Origin: Takakia lepidozioides
Lineage: Eukaryota > Plantae > Bryophyta
Direction of reading: 5' to 3'
Length of the DNA stretch: 64,000 bases
Assembly: GCA_030704615.1 (NCBI GenBank)
Contig: CM060731.1
Coordinates: forward strand, 27,652,001-27,716,000
Positions 50,479 to 63,992 of this stretch are shown in pieces. The notes beneath the pieces are model-generated. The model did no database searches. It was not told the DNA's origin and worked only from the letters and a program-made list of their open reading frames with translations. A program made the position numbers and the translations under genes. Positions within the stretch are counted from its first letter, which is position 1; each line of letters starts with the position of its first letter.

Positions 50479-51270
50479 CAGTGTTGTGCGGGTAAATCAT
50501 TTACCCGGATTTACCTGGCGGATAAATCAGGGTAAGGGTAAATGATTTACCCAGATTGGCCCATTTCATTTACCCTTACTCTTATCAGTATACTGATACC
50601 AGTACCCTCTGAAGGACAAGAGGAAGGGTAAATGAAATGGGCCAATCCGGGTAAAGTAAGAGTATTGGTATCAGTTTTAGGACATACCAGACTGTCTTGG
50701 TACCAAACACTTTCATACCAGTCTGGTCTATATAATAATAGATGTATTTTTTTTCCAGATATTGGTATGAGGATGAGTATCATGACCACAACACCGGCTG
50801 GTATGAGATATCAATTCTGGTATCACTCCAAATCCATCATTGAATAACAAGTTTATCAAATAGCAAGTATCAAGTGAAAACAAATACAATACAATAAAGA
50901 AAAATATATACATAAGTACAAATATGTAGGCATATGTACAAAAATTAGTATAGTGCACATACCAGAGTAAATGAGGAAGACGCTGGGGGGAGTACTGGTA
51001 TTGTGGCTAGTATGGAAAAACTGATACCAGCCTGGTCTTGGTATATGACCAAGTATTCTCCCAAATGATACCAGACTGGTCTGGTATCTAATACTAGTGC
51101 ATATACGTGTGCACATACCAGGCAATACCCTATATACCGGTACAACACTGGTAGATACCCTTACCCTTACCCCCTTACACGTCTCAAGGGTAAATAATTT
51201 CCATATACCCTTTATCCGCAAGTAAATGTTTAATACTTGAGGGTAAATAAAGAAATGTAGGGTATTCTGT
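50479..51270. mobile_element. hAT-like non-autonomous element(s), probably nested; TTACCC/GGGTAA and ATACCAG subterminal motifs
   Basis: CAGTGTTG at 50479 and CAACACTG ending at 51150. The core is homologous to 9087-9573. Confidence 0.6.
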
Positions 51271-52053
51271 ATCATTGCACTTCTTCCTCCTCATGGAGTC
51301 TTGAAAGCGCAAGCGACAGCTCTTCTCTTTCTATCATCTCCACCACAAATGGTTGTGCGTTGAAGTGCTTGAAGACCAACCTAGCTGACTTCCAGTAAAA
51401 ATTCATGTTTCACTTCTTTTTATCTTGGATTACCTCTTGAATTGGAGTCAGAGTTTACTTGGCTCGTATGTGTCAGGGACGTGTAGATAGTTTGTTGAAA
51501 TGCATCCTTAACACATTCTAAATAAGTGACCAGAAGGATGTGGCAATGAGTCTGTAAGGTTGTGCTTGTCAATTTGGCTTGCCTGCATGAGTAAATCATG
51601 GGAAGAGTTGAGTATTGCAGCTTGTCAGCTGCCAATAAAAACAGTCTTTTGTAGTCCAAATCAATCATTTATCTGCTGACTGAGCAGCGATCTTATGGAT
51701 AGAAATACCTACCACCATGAGCATGTAATGTACCAGGTTTGCAACTGGCTGAATCAAATTTGGGGGACTAAAATGGGTGTCTTTTCCATCTACATCCATG
51801 TGGGGCCATGGATTCTCCTTGTGTTGCAGCTATCATTTTTACTTGATGAAACGTATTAGTGACAATTCAGATGAAGATGAACAAGGAGCTGGAGGATATC
51901 ATATTTTATTTAGCCATGTCTTATTATAATAGGTAGATTAGGTTAGTCGCGAGAGGTGGAGGCCAATGTGTGCTTGTGAGAGGTTGAGGTCTGGTTTGCA
52001 AGTATAGTCAAGCCATCTGGCTTCGTGTGATTATTATCTTTGGTGTGAAGAAA

Positions 52054-52533
52054 CCAGTGCTGGGCGGTTATATAAATATTTTTGATAACCCCCGGTTCGG
52101 GTTCTCTCTTTATGATTGTCTTTTAGGAACCTCCGGTTCAGGTTATTTACTTTTTGACGATTTTCAAGAACCACCAGAGCCAGTTATTAAGTGGCTTTTC
52201 ATGTCTTCCGGTTGTGATACAATCGGTTATTTGGCTACTTTCATCTACCGGTTAGCCAATCTGGTTCGGACATATTATAAATCTTATAACCGGGATAGAT
52301 TTGCCGATTCTTGAAACGGTTACGTCTAGGAGATGTCCCCAACCACGAGGCCCCAGCCCTGGTGCTTGGTACCGTTGGAAAGCCCTCGACGAGGAGGGGT
52401 GCACGGGCTTGGTCTCATAATTTTTGGACCTGTTGTGTGGGAGATGTGGAATTTCAAGTACTTTGGGTCGTTGGAAATTCCCGAAAAATAGCAAAGTGGG
52501 CATTCCTGGGACGATGGTTGGAGCCTCGACAGG
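52054..52533 (+). repeat. Probable hAT-like fragment (CAGTGCTGGGCGGTT, CGGTT motifs) followed by a fragment of the Helitron-like family
   Basis: 52330-52533 aligns by eye to 11428-11630 and abuts the truncated gypsy RT. Confidence 0.55.
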
Positions 52534-55500
52534 TGTGAATGCGGTCTTTTCTCGGTCTTCTTCTGCCATCTGCACCTGGTTGTACCCACTGAACCCATCC
52601 ATGAATGAGTACATCTCATGTCCGGCCACTGTGTCCAACACTATTTCGGTGAAAGGTAGTGGAAATGGGTCTTTCTTGGTTCCTGCGTTTAACTTGCGGT
52701 AGTCCACATATACTCGTAATTTTCCATTTTTCTTGGGTACTATCACAATGGGCGATAACCATTGTGGTGTCTCTACTAGGTATATGAATCCTGCATCCAG
52801 TAATTTCTTGATTTCTTCCCAAACTTTAGCTGCATAGTTGGGGTTCATTCTGTAACGGTTCTGACAAATTGGTTTTGTGTCAACTTCCAATTCAATTCGG
52901 TGCTGACAGATGTTAGAAGGTATACCCTTCAAATCTTTGTAGTTCCAGGCAAATACATCCTTGTATTCACTGAATAATGCAGTGGCTTATTGTAGAAATG
53001 ATTCTTCAAGACCTGCACTTACTCGTATTATCTCACTATTCCCAGATTCACTTGAATCAATTGAGTTTCTTCCGTTACAGTCCATCCTGCAATCTTTTGT
53101 CCGATGGTTGCAATCGTGGCAGGTACTTCACTGATTTTAATGTCCTCTTCTCTTTCTTGATAAAAACGGGCAGGGTGTTGAAGTGTGTCCATAGCTTCTT
53201 CCTCTGGATCTTCCGTTCTCGAAGTATTCGGTTCTCCTTGGGTATCCACCATGTGACATCCTACTGTTGTGGTATGTTTGACCACTAATTGCCCAATAGG
53301 TTCCAACTGTGGATGTGTTGCATATACTGTGGCTTCTTCTTCATCTAACAGTCCACTAGACCAATCATACTCTTCCACTATGCAAGGTCATTTTTCTCGT
53401 GGAATGGTACCTCATTGTTTCGTAGTGATGGTGACTTGTTCTGATCCCTTTTTGATCGTGAGAGTCTAACTTCCCCAATCGTGGTGTGATTGGGCTTGTG
53501 TTAACCATGGTCGCCCAAGTTGTAGCGAATATCCTTCTGCCACATCCTCCATTCTGAGAATGGTTACTGATACTTCGTATACCAGTCCCGCTACTTCCAT
53601 TGCAAGCCGTCTGATGATACCTAATGGTTGCACTTTTCGTTGAATAACCATTCGTACCGTGAATGGAGCAGGTTCCATGTGCCCCAATCCTAGTGACTTT
53701 TTCATCTTTTCTGTCATGATATTCACTCCGGATCCTCCATCGATGAGTACATCCGTTACCAACTTCTGTCCAATACGTACTTGTATTACGGGTATTGCTT
53801 CGTCGTAGTCTGGAGTTTGTCGTATAGTTGTGGGTTTAATCGTGTAAACTTCTGGTGTTGGTTTTTGTTTTTGTGTGGGGGTCAATGCCTCGATTGCCCA
53901 AAATAAAGTTTTTTGCAGTGTGGAGCAATTTTTAGTAATTGTCCAATGGTAATTTGGGTCTTGGTCTGGCATATTACTTCAGCCAATTATGTTTCCGTGG
54001 TTGCATTCGCGGTCTTCATCGTTGTTCTGATTTGATTATCTGGAGTTGGCTCTCCAGAAGGTATATGGGTTCCCTCTTGCATTTGAGCTATGGCTTTACT
54101 TACCTCCCGGTGTAAGCTCTTTTCTTCCTGCCATGCTGCACTTTCTGGATATTGTTTCCGTTCTTCTTCAATTTCCTTATCTGGAGGTTTCTGTTTCTTG
54201 GCCTGAGTTCGGGTTACCGCAAAGGTATCCACTACAGGGGTTACCACACTCACGGCTACACTCGGTCCGGCTTCCATATTTCCCACTTCTGCCTCATGCT
54301 TGATTCGCAACTGGCATTCATGTTTCCAGTGTCCCTCTTTCTTGCAGTAGTGGCATCTCGTGATTTCTTTGTTTCTGGGTTGATGTTCTCTATCCCGTGG
54401 TGGATAGTCATCTCGTGGCCTCTGATAACGATTACCCATATTGTATCGTCTTGGTCCATCCGATCCTCCCCGTCGGATTTGGACTTGGTGTACCCCCACC
54501 TCTCGTGTGTACCCAATCTTCTTGGCCCGTTGATTGTAAATACAATGGCTGGTATTATGATTGTTTATACGACAAATATCACAGTATTTGTCTTTCATGT
54601 GGCATTCCGTTGCCAAGTGTCATGCAGTTCCGCATTTGTGACACCATGTTGCCTTCCGTGGCCCTTCATCTTGATAGCCTCTGCTATCTTCTGATCCAAA
54701 ATGGTTTTGTCAATCACTTTTTTCTTCTTTTGATTGGGTTTTTCTTCATCATCAGAGTCTTCTTCTTCCAAGGGATCCTTGGAATCTTTACTTTTGCTCT
54801 GATGAAATCCCAATTCCAATTTCTTTGCAGTTCCTACTGCTTGTTAGGCATGATTGTAACCATGGTTACGTATTCAGGACGAAGTCCGTTGATGAACCAT
54901 GATTTTGCAAATTATCCCCTGGTGCTTGAGGTAGCTTCCTGATCAGAGTCTTCATTCTCTCCAGGTAGTCGACTACCAATTCTTTCTTTTTCTGTCTCAG
55001 GTTTTGTAATCCTGTAAAGATTTCAGATGTGGATTTGTTGGATCTATATCTTTCTTGAAACGCGGTTTTCATATCCGCCCAATTTGCAAAGTGATTGGCT
55101 GGAAAAGTTGCCAACCATTCAATGCCTTTCCTGGCCATTGAACAAGGAAATAATCGGATCTTTTCCTGGTCTATTACTTCATTGTAAATGGTGCACATGT
55201 TCTCAAATTGATTAAGATGGATATCCGGATCAGATTTCCCATCATATAAAGGGAACGATGGTCTGGTTGCTTGCTACTAAAGCCATTGGTGCTGCTGGTG
55301 CAACTGGTTGTCCAAACTGGGATGGTCCCGCTGCTGCCGGTTGTGGTGGTGTTGGTGTTTGTCTTCCAAACAATCATTCAAAGCTAAGAGGTCTTTGTCC
55401 CAATGATAGCCGTCTTCCAGCTGCTGTCCCTACTAAGCTTAATGAAGCTTTAAAAGCTTTGAGTGCAGTCCTGGTTATCCTTTCTGGAGAAGTAGTTTCA

Positions 55501-56474
55501 CTTCTTTCACCTTCTTCACTCAGAATATTCTCAAATCTTTCTTCCAATATTTCAGCAAAGCCTCGATTTGGACTTGTTACTGTAGAAGGTCCTTCAGATC
55601 TTTCTTGTGGTAACCATTCATCAAGTGCATTACTGACAACTTCTTCTGGTGTAGTGTTCCTACTTTCCACCGATCTGATTTCCTGATCTTCTGGTTTATC
55701 ATTGTCAATTTGTCTTGATGTCTCACCTTAAATAATATTCAAGTTTTGTAATTATGGGAACTCTTCTATTAACCGAGCCTCCCTTTCTGCAACATATTTC
55801 TCTATTCGTTCAGCTTTGTCTTGCTTAGCTTTTTCTTTTATTTCCTCATTCATTCCCACATCATATGCAGAATTCTTTTTCAATACCCTTGAATCAGTCT
55901 TGGTATGTCAGTAAAGAAAATTTATAGTGGTCTCTACCCTTTCTCCAAGTTTTACCCTATCTTGCCAGAATCTGTATTACGACTTAATTTTCCCTTCTAC
56001 TGATTGATCACCAATCTTTTAATGGGCACAATAATACCATCTGTCTTTCTCAGTGTATCTGACTTGCAACAAGTCTTTGGGTATCCAGTACTCCACTGCT
56101 TCTATGATCATGTGACAATATTCATAATTTGAACATCATTATCTGAAAATATAACTAGTGCAACAAACTTTTCTGATTGGGATTAGAGCAATCAATAAAG
56201 CTAGACGGGACAACCATTCTTCACTTCTGATTCTACATTCCCAAGGTGCTCGTATAATACTGATCACTCCTCCCTTCAATCCCCATTTGTCATCTTCTTT
56301 CGCAATTGAAAGAAATATCTTATGTTGTATTGTTATTGGTAAGTCATGAATGTTTTCCATTCCTTTGCTTCCGTTGACTCGTTCTTTTGTGATTTCAAGA
56401 AATCACTGAGTAACCATCCTTCCTTGAGTACACTTGAACTCAACATACCGTTAGTCCCCAGTATGGTCGCCAAA
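52534..56474 (-). mobile_element. Degenerate Ty3/gypsy (non-chromovirus, Athila/Tat/Phygy-like) internal region: PBS, long gag, protease, RT N-half; 3' half lost
   Basis: PBS TGGCGACCATACTGGGGA (56472-56455, tRNA-type). Gag with zinc knuckles CDICRINNHNTSHC and CHYCKKEGHWKHEC. Protease VLIDGGSGVN. RT WLSPIVIVPKKNGKLRVYVDYRKLN and FMDGFSGYNQ. Confidence 0.92.
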
Positions 56475-58189
56475 TGTTAACCGCTGGTTTATGACTTCGA
56501 CAAAACAGGCTATCAGCACTACTGCCCATTTCCTAAGACATGCAACAGAGGTTGTCCGACGGTATGCTTTCAAAAATGATTATGAAGTAATCGTTTGAAG
56601 GATAGCTAAACCATGAACATCGTATGAATTCATCTCCCTGCAGGCTGCTTAATCCTATTGATTAAGCTCAACTTACAGTCTATGTGGCATGGAAGATCTC
56701 AGTCGAAAATACTGAAGTCATTAAGCAAATGGTAATTAAGGCAACAAGAACTATCATGAGATGATACACATTCTCATCATCTCACGTTCTCTCATAATGC
56801 ACATTCTCTCCATCTCACGTTCACTCTCACTACAACAGATCGCGGTAGTTATGACTGCCAAACCGTGGTAGTCATGGTTTTCTTGACTTTGACCATGACT
56901 GCACCATGTTTTTATATGAAATTGACCTCCCGCAGTCGTTCATACGACTGTAGTCATATGAACGACTATCTAAATAGTCGTCTGTATGACTACATGGCTC
57001 CGGAATGGGCGGAAGGCTGGTCAACGGTAATTGACCAGATTTAGCTCACCATTCATAGTCATTTCCATGACTACAGTGTACATGGATGAGGTTACATAGT
57101 CATGATGACTACTGGGGATTTTGTAATTTGATGTGTATAATACAATTAAAACACCATATGATCATATGAATGACCAATGGGTGTAATGGTTAACAGGTAG
57201 TGAACTCTTATAGTAAAGCGGTTGCAGGTTCAAACTCCTCTAAGTACAATCAAATGAATAAGATGGCCCTAGGGTTAGTAGACGAGCTGGGTATAGCACG
57301 TGGTACCCTAGATGGACTGCCACGTGGTTTTTTCATTATTATAAAATGCATTATGCCACGTGGCACAATGCGGTGCGACGCGGCGTTTGACATATGTTTT
57401 TAGTTTTTTAGTTTTTTTAATTTAATTTAATTTTTTAAATCAATTGCGTCTCGCCACGTGGCGCGGCAGCGGCGGCTGGAGTATGATATATATGACTGCA
57501 GTGAGAGATATCACTTGGTTCATATGACTGTAGTCATCCGGACCGTACCATCCTGTACTCATTGTATTGACTTGGTTTGCACGACTTACAGTCATAGAAG
57601 TCATATGTACCGTTCATGACTACAGAATAGTCATATATACAGTCATATATACCGCGATCTGTTATAGTGCTCTACACAGAGATACTTCGAATAGCATGGC
57701 TTTACTTCAGAGTTCGTCATATCATCACAGAAGTACACATTGAATCACTCTGAGTCTCTGAATACACACTAATCACTGATACTCATATTGCTCCCTTCTA
57801 AGTTGCGTGTAGCCTTTTTGTACTATGCTCGAAAGAGCCATTACAGCCTGCGGTCATTAATGACCGTTTCCCTAACTGCCTATGCAACCTAAAAGGTGTG
57901 CTAAAAAGTGGCTCGCTGCAGTGGTCGTGAGCCATAGTGGTAAACGGTCCACTACTCCCTCTATTGGTTAAAGCCGATGCTAATGTGGCCGTGTGATATC
58001 GTGGTTCACGGCCCACGGTTATTACACTACCCACTACTGCTCCCGTGGTAATGTACTCTTGTTCCGCCATTTGCTAAGTACCGCGTACTTAGCCGTTTCT
58101 GCCTGTGACCAGGTAGTGTACATCCATCACTACCCGGTATGTCTCGTTGTGACCCTCGCTGTCTGGCCCTTGTAGCATAGCCGTTATCA
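56475..58189 (-). repeat. 5' LTR of the gypsy element (~870 bp after removing the CACTA insert)
   Basis: TG...CA ends with imperfect IR TGTTAACCGC/GCCGTTATCA, 2 nt from the PBS. Confidence 0.7.
56828..57669. mobile_element. Non-autonomous CACTA (CMC) element inserted in the LTR
   Basis: 20-bp TIR CACTACAACAGATCGCGGTA/TACCGCGATCTGTTATAGTG with many ATGACTAC/GTAGTCAT subterminal repeats in both orientations. Confidence 0.9.
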
Positions 58190-61100
58190 ACTGCCTTGTG
58201 GGAAGAGACTGGGGAAGACTTTACGCGAATGGCTAATGATATTCTGACTAAGGGGATCATGCCTTCGCAACTGGCACAATGAGTCATCACCCTAGTTCAT
58301 AAAAAAGGTGACCGAGAGCTTATTTCAAACTATAGACCTATCACCTTGTTGAACTCTACTTACAAAATAATTGCAAAGGCTCTTGCACGCCATTTGTAAC
58401 CCTTGTTACAGAAGTTAATTAGACCAGAGCAGTCAGGGTTCCTGAAAAACAGAATGATTCTTGATAACATTCTTCTTACCAATGAGGCGCTGCATCTGAC
58501 TCGTATTGATAACCAGCCTCTAGCTCTGTTAATGTTGGACTTCGAAAAGGCCTTTGATAACATTAATTGGGACTATCTTTTGAAAGCCCTAGAAACTGTT
58601 GGGATCAAGGGGAACTTCCTTAAGTGGATTCAAATCCTTCTTTCTGTTGCTTCCAGTAGAGTGGTGGTCAATGGCGTGGTATCCAAACCATTCCCTTTGT
58701 TCAAATTTGTAAGACAAGGGTGTCCGCTATCCCCCTTTCTTTTTCTTTTAGCAGCAGATGGATTGGGCCACTTACTGGATAAGAGGAAAGACTTCCCGGC
58801 GACCAAACCGAAGCCAAAAACCACAGTGAAGCCAAGAGCACTTGGTTAATAATCAAAGCTCTGCCAACGAGAGATAGATGCAAGGAACACCAATGTGCAA
58901 GCTTCCTTTTCAGTTTTGTAAGGACAGCAGCAAACCTAGTGTCATTTGAGAGATCAATTCCCACCAACTGACCTAAGAGCTCGTGCAATTCCCCATTTGA
59001 GAGCCATCTCAAACCAAATACAATGCCCCATGGGGCAATGTGTGCTGTAGCAGAGGGGTCTGCCAGTTGACTTAATAAACCAACAGATTTATTCCAGTTG
59101 ATTTTGAGACCCGAGGCTGCACAAAATGCCTTCAACGAGTTGAGTGCCGCATTGACATTGGAAAGAGGAGTTGTTAATGAACAAGGATGTGTCATTAGCA
59201 TATAACGAAGAGCGAATGGAAGAGGAAAAGTCATTCGGGGAATTAGGTACTATAAAAAAAAGTAAAATCCCTCATGAGGAATTTTATTTGGGGTGCTACT
59301 GGACCATAACCTTATCCAAAAGAGCTTTGGTAAGCTGGGACCAGCTGACACAAAGCAAAAAATATGGGGGTCTTGGGGTGCTAGACCCCCAAGCGCAGAT
59401 CACAACCTTGCTTGCTAAATGGGTTCCCCGTGCACTTACTCACCTTTCCAGCCCTTGGAGTCAGTTGGTTAGACTGAAATTTCTGGCTACCACCCCTCGT
59501 TCTAGTGATAGATGGGCTCATTCACTTAGGTGGATCATGCAAGGGTGGGAAGCTCAATGAAAACCCTGGGCTGGGTTCAAGGGCGTGGCAGTCAATCTGG
59601 ATGGCATGGTGCAAATTGCGTCCCTTCCTGGTTCAGCTAAGTCCCTCATCCTTCAGTCAGGTTTTGAGACAACCTCTCTTTGGGAATTATAACCGGGATA
59701 AAGAGGCTCTGATTCCTTGTTCTAAACGGTGGGCGGAATGGGAAGCTGCAGGTTTGGCCCACCTCCTGCATTTCTGGGATGACAACTCTTTGTCCCTTAT
59801 CTCTCCTGAATCTGCTGTGCAACAACTATCCAAGCGAAGGGTTAATGCTGGTTGGAATGCAGTTATGGGAGATCTCCCTGATAATTGGACAAGACTACTT
59901 GCTGCACCTCACCTGCATCCTCTTTCCGGTTGGTTGGGGTATTGTGTGGACTCCCAACCCAAGGCCATTTATGCAATTGCAAAGGATAACTCTGGTATAC
60001 ATGGTATTGGTTTTGAGGTTAGTAAAGATGGTAACCTCATCTCTCCAAAGTCTGTGAGTATTGCTGCAACTGCTTTGAAATAAGGGTTTTCTGTAAGCTT
60101 TCAAGCAATCCCAACCCATTGCCTCTGATGGATTTGAAACAACATGAAGAGAATTTATGCTGGTTTTGATCTGAGTGGTTATGGATGAATAAGGGACATG
60201 ACCCTTCTTCAAATATTTGGTTAAGATGGGGTACAAGCTGTTGATGCCTAAAAGAGGTTTTGACCACAAGTGGTCTAAAAAATGGCAACATTTGCCTGGA
60301 CCTGCGGTGCTGTGGAAACTGGTTTGGGGAGACACCTGGAAAAAACACAGATCTGCTAAAATAACGGCTTTCCTGTGGAAGGTGGTTAATAGAAGATTCT
60401 TGCCAGTGGCAGCTAACTTTGAAGATTCACCTTCGCAGTGTGTTTCTTGCAACCTGGCTGTTGATGAAGACTTGGAGCATGCCTTGGTGCTGTGCCCTTT
60501 CGCTCGGGCTGTTTGGGACAAGGCCCTTTGTCTATACTCCTTCTGGTCTTTTGTTTTGGATTCATCTCCCTCTGTCTTGCTGCTCAATGTAAAGAATGGA
60601 AGAATGCACTGTTCTTGTCCAGTGTGGGAGTCTCTCAGGGGGGTAATCCTTTGGCAGCTTTGAAAAATGAGGTGTTGTGTGGTGTATCAGAAAGAGAGGC
60701 CGTGTGTGCAGAAAGTTCTTTATCTGGCTCACTCAGGTCTGAGGCTCGCAAAGCTTGGTCTGTTTTGCTTGCAGCTCTTTACAAGTGTCGCAACAATCGA
60801 AGACCCCAACTCTTTGCCAAGTTTGATAATTCTTGGGGGATGGACTTCGTATTCTGCAAAAGAATTGAAGACACAAAAATTGTGTGGGAAGACTCCCCCC
60901 CCTGCCTGTTGGCAGCTCAACAACTAGCACGAAACAGACTCCACTGGAGAATGAAGACACGGAAATAAACTGGAGACACAAGCGTAGTAGCTCTAGGAAG
61001 GCAAAATCAAAGACTCAGCTTACTTATGAGGGTCCTAAGAGGAAACGGGGCAGTATGTAGGTTGTTTATTCTGGCAGCCTAGGTCCTACTCTCCTTCTTT

Positions 61101-61359
61101 TTGCTGGATAGGATTGTCTGTTTGGCTTGGACATTTCAGCTCTCTTCTTTCTCTTCACTTCTCCTTGTATCAGGAATTGATAATTCCTACCTAATCTAGA
61201 TTCCTCTTCCCTGTATTCTGCTATGTTGGTTCTGAGTGGTACCTCGGTAATCTGCCTTATTATGGCTCTTTGTAAGGTTATTTTTTCCTTACCTCTTCTT
61301 CAATAAATTTTCCAGGGCTACAATCCCCATGTTATCTAAAAAAAAAAGGAAAAAAAAAA
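58190..61359 (+). mobile_element. L1-clade LINE ORF2 relic (RT to C-terminal Zn finger, 3'UTR, poly-A) with an internal inversion
   Basis: NYRPITLLN, EQSGF, LDFEKAFD, VRQGCPLSP, YAND (mutated YADD, in the inverted part), KKYGGLG, CVSC...EHALVLC. AATAAA at ~61302 and A-tail 61338-61359. Confidence 0.92.
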
Positions 61360-62085
61360 GTTCCACCGGGCAGCCACCTAAGCAGGCACTGGCTCCCTGT
61401 TTTGTTTCCGTTCCGTTTGTATCTTGAAAACATGGGCACAGTTACCCAAATAGTCTGTCAGGGTTGGCGAGAGTAACCGGAGCAGCCGGTTTGTGGATGG
61501 ATCAACATCCTCGTTTGAACACAAGCAAAGAGACCGTTGAGGGATTGCCGCGTCGTCTTCCCGGCTGCTTGTTAATCTCCTTCTCGCTTTCTTCATTCCT
61601 CGCCGCTTGCTCCATACTTCATTAGGTTTCTGGAGGATCGTTCTAAGGGAGGATTCCAAGCAGACAGATTTTTCTACTCAGAGAGATTGCAGACAAGGTA
61701 GGTGATCAAGAGAAAGAAGCTCGCGAATGGCGTATGTGAAGGTATGTGACACTCCTTGAGCAAGTGTGCCTCGTGTTCGTGCTCGTGTGAACGACGATTG
61801 GTTATTTGAATGTAGGACAGCAAGTGATAAAATTAGTACTCTGTAAGTTGATTCCGTTCCGGGCAACAAAACTGGACTACAGCAATCCTTTCGAATTGAG
61901 CACCTTAAGGGGAATTTCTACCTCAGAATACGAAGGTCAATCTTCAAGTAAGCAATGTCCGCTGTGGCCCCGGGCTTTCCCAATTTTCATCATCGAAGGA
62001 AACTTGTTGTGATACTGCTATGCCTTGAGTTAGTGGTGCCAGAGTGGGTGTCCATCTCAGAGGGAGAGCTCTTGATGCGGACACC

Positions 62086-63992
62086 ATGTCTGAAGGTGTT
62101 TTGGTCAATGCCATCCGTATGTACCAGGAATCCATAGGAGAGAAGGGGGAGGCTGCTGAAGAAAAAGATGGTGTTGCCAATTTAGGAACTGAGGACCTGC
62201 GTGGAGAGGTGGACTTCCCTGTTGAGAGCGAATGTCTTAATCAAAAAGAGATGATCAAAGTAGATTCTGCGGATGATGCCCCGTTCGTGTATGTGGACCC
62301 ACTTCCGGAAGCTCGGAGACTCTGCGAAGCATTCAACTCAGATGACTACATGACCGCCCCGGTGAACTTTCTATCTACCGATGGGTCTGACACGACTAAA
62401 GAGGTCATGGACAGTGACATGGACGGTGCGGAGTCCTGCTGTTCGTCAATGAAGCTGAGCTTCGAAGTGCTGGACGGGAAGCAGATGCCTAAATTTTTGC
62501 CAGGTATCTTCCTATCCTCGCTGTCGACAGTTCTGCGAGTGTCTTGTGTTTCTAGAGTGGACGGATACTCTGGCAATGCCTTAATATCCTGTTGCCTCCA
62601 AGCTGTCCTTCCGCCTACGCCTTATCCTCACACAAGATCACCGTGAACCCCTGCCACTGATTTTGCCTGCCCGAGGGAACTTCCTTCGCCTCTCACCCCT
62701 TACGTTTCTTTCCTGCTGTCATCCATCTCGAAATTTCCTGTTGTGTGTGTCCGTAGCTGTCTGAATTATGAGGTTCAAAATGTAACGTCTCACTCATCGA
62801 CCAAGATCTGGGAGTAATATGCTTCGGAGGCTATGCCATAGGCCACATTGAAGAGAACAGTCGTCGTCTTTCCATCTTCAAGCCAGTAGGCTCTATCTCC
62901 TTCACTACCAGGTTTCTTTGCAGTCTGGTTTTCTCTCTCCCGCTTTCTTTTGTCCCGTAAGTTCTTTGAGCTTTCCGGGGCATTATAAGTTTCTTTCATT
63001 TCAGTTGAGCAATAGGTGTTTTTGGGCTGCTCGTGGTGCCCCTCTCTTTCTTCCTCTTGTCCCATAAGCTCTTTAAGCTTCCCGTGGACGTTACGAAGCA
63101 CCATTTCATTTAATTTCTCTTCTCTTTCATGTATGTGGGTAGAGTTGAAATGCCATCTGTTTTCTGTGGCAGAGGATGTCTTGGTGGCAATCAATGCTGG
63201 AGGTCAGTTGCTTTCATATGCCCCATTCGGGTTCAAGTTTCAAGAAGATCACCTTTTTTCAGGAGGGGATGTGTTGCGGACAGATGAGAACATTTCTGGA
63301 GCACTAGAACCATGTCTTTACCAGACTGCAAGATATGGGGACTTCTCCTACATCTTTCAGGACGTTCCAAGTGGCAACCTCCGTGTCGATTTACATTTTG
63401 CTGAGATCATTTTCACAAATGGGCCCCCGGGCATGCGAGTCTTTGATGTCATCATTCAAGGCGAGAAGGTGATATTCATACCTTTACTTGCACAACATGT
63501 GTGTGGCTTTTGAGACTATGTCTCATTGCAAAACTATTGCATTTGGTAGGAATCAAAACTAATTCCACGATTCCCTGTTGCAGTTACTGAAGCTTCCCTC
63601 GTGCTACCTTTCGGATGTGCATGGTGCCTCTCTCATACTCGTAGTCCCCTCCTCTTGTTGTGCCTCTGGCCCACATTCCTTCCCCGGCTAGAAGGCTGTG
63701 AAGCATATCCTTCCCATCACATACACACATCTTTCCACCTTCCACTGGCTGGAATCCAGCTGCTCAGTGGACTTCCCTGGAGATGCCAATTTGGCTGGAA
63801 ATCTGATGGTCATCCTCTGTGGACAGGTGATATCGGAGCTAGATGTGTATGCAGAAGTGGGGTCCAACAGTGCACTGGTTTTGAGTGTAAACACGTCAGT
63901 GAGTGAGGAGCGTACTCTGGCTGTCACTTTCGAAGGGGTCATCGGCAGCCCTATTGTCAATGCAGTTTGTGTCCGATCAGCCCAACCTCTTG
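62086..63992 (+). CDS. Malectin-domain protein, most likely malectin-domain kinesin-14; 5' part, continues beyond the window. Exons: 62086-62503, 63173-63468, 63827-63992
   Basis: AINAGG, LYQTARYGDFSY, VDLHFAEIIFTNGPPGMRVFDV, FEGVIGSPIVNAVCV. The motor domain is not in the window and the start codon is uncertain. Confidence 0.82.

Noticed and set aside
50490-50660. Telomeric repeats (TTACCC/GGGTAA motifs)
   Set aside because: The motifs are dispersed, in both orientations and not TTTAGGG; they fit hAT subterminal repeats.
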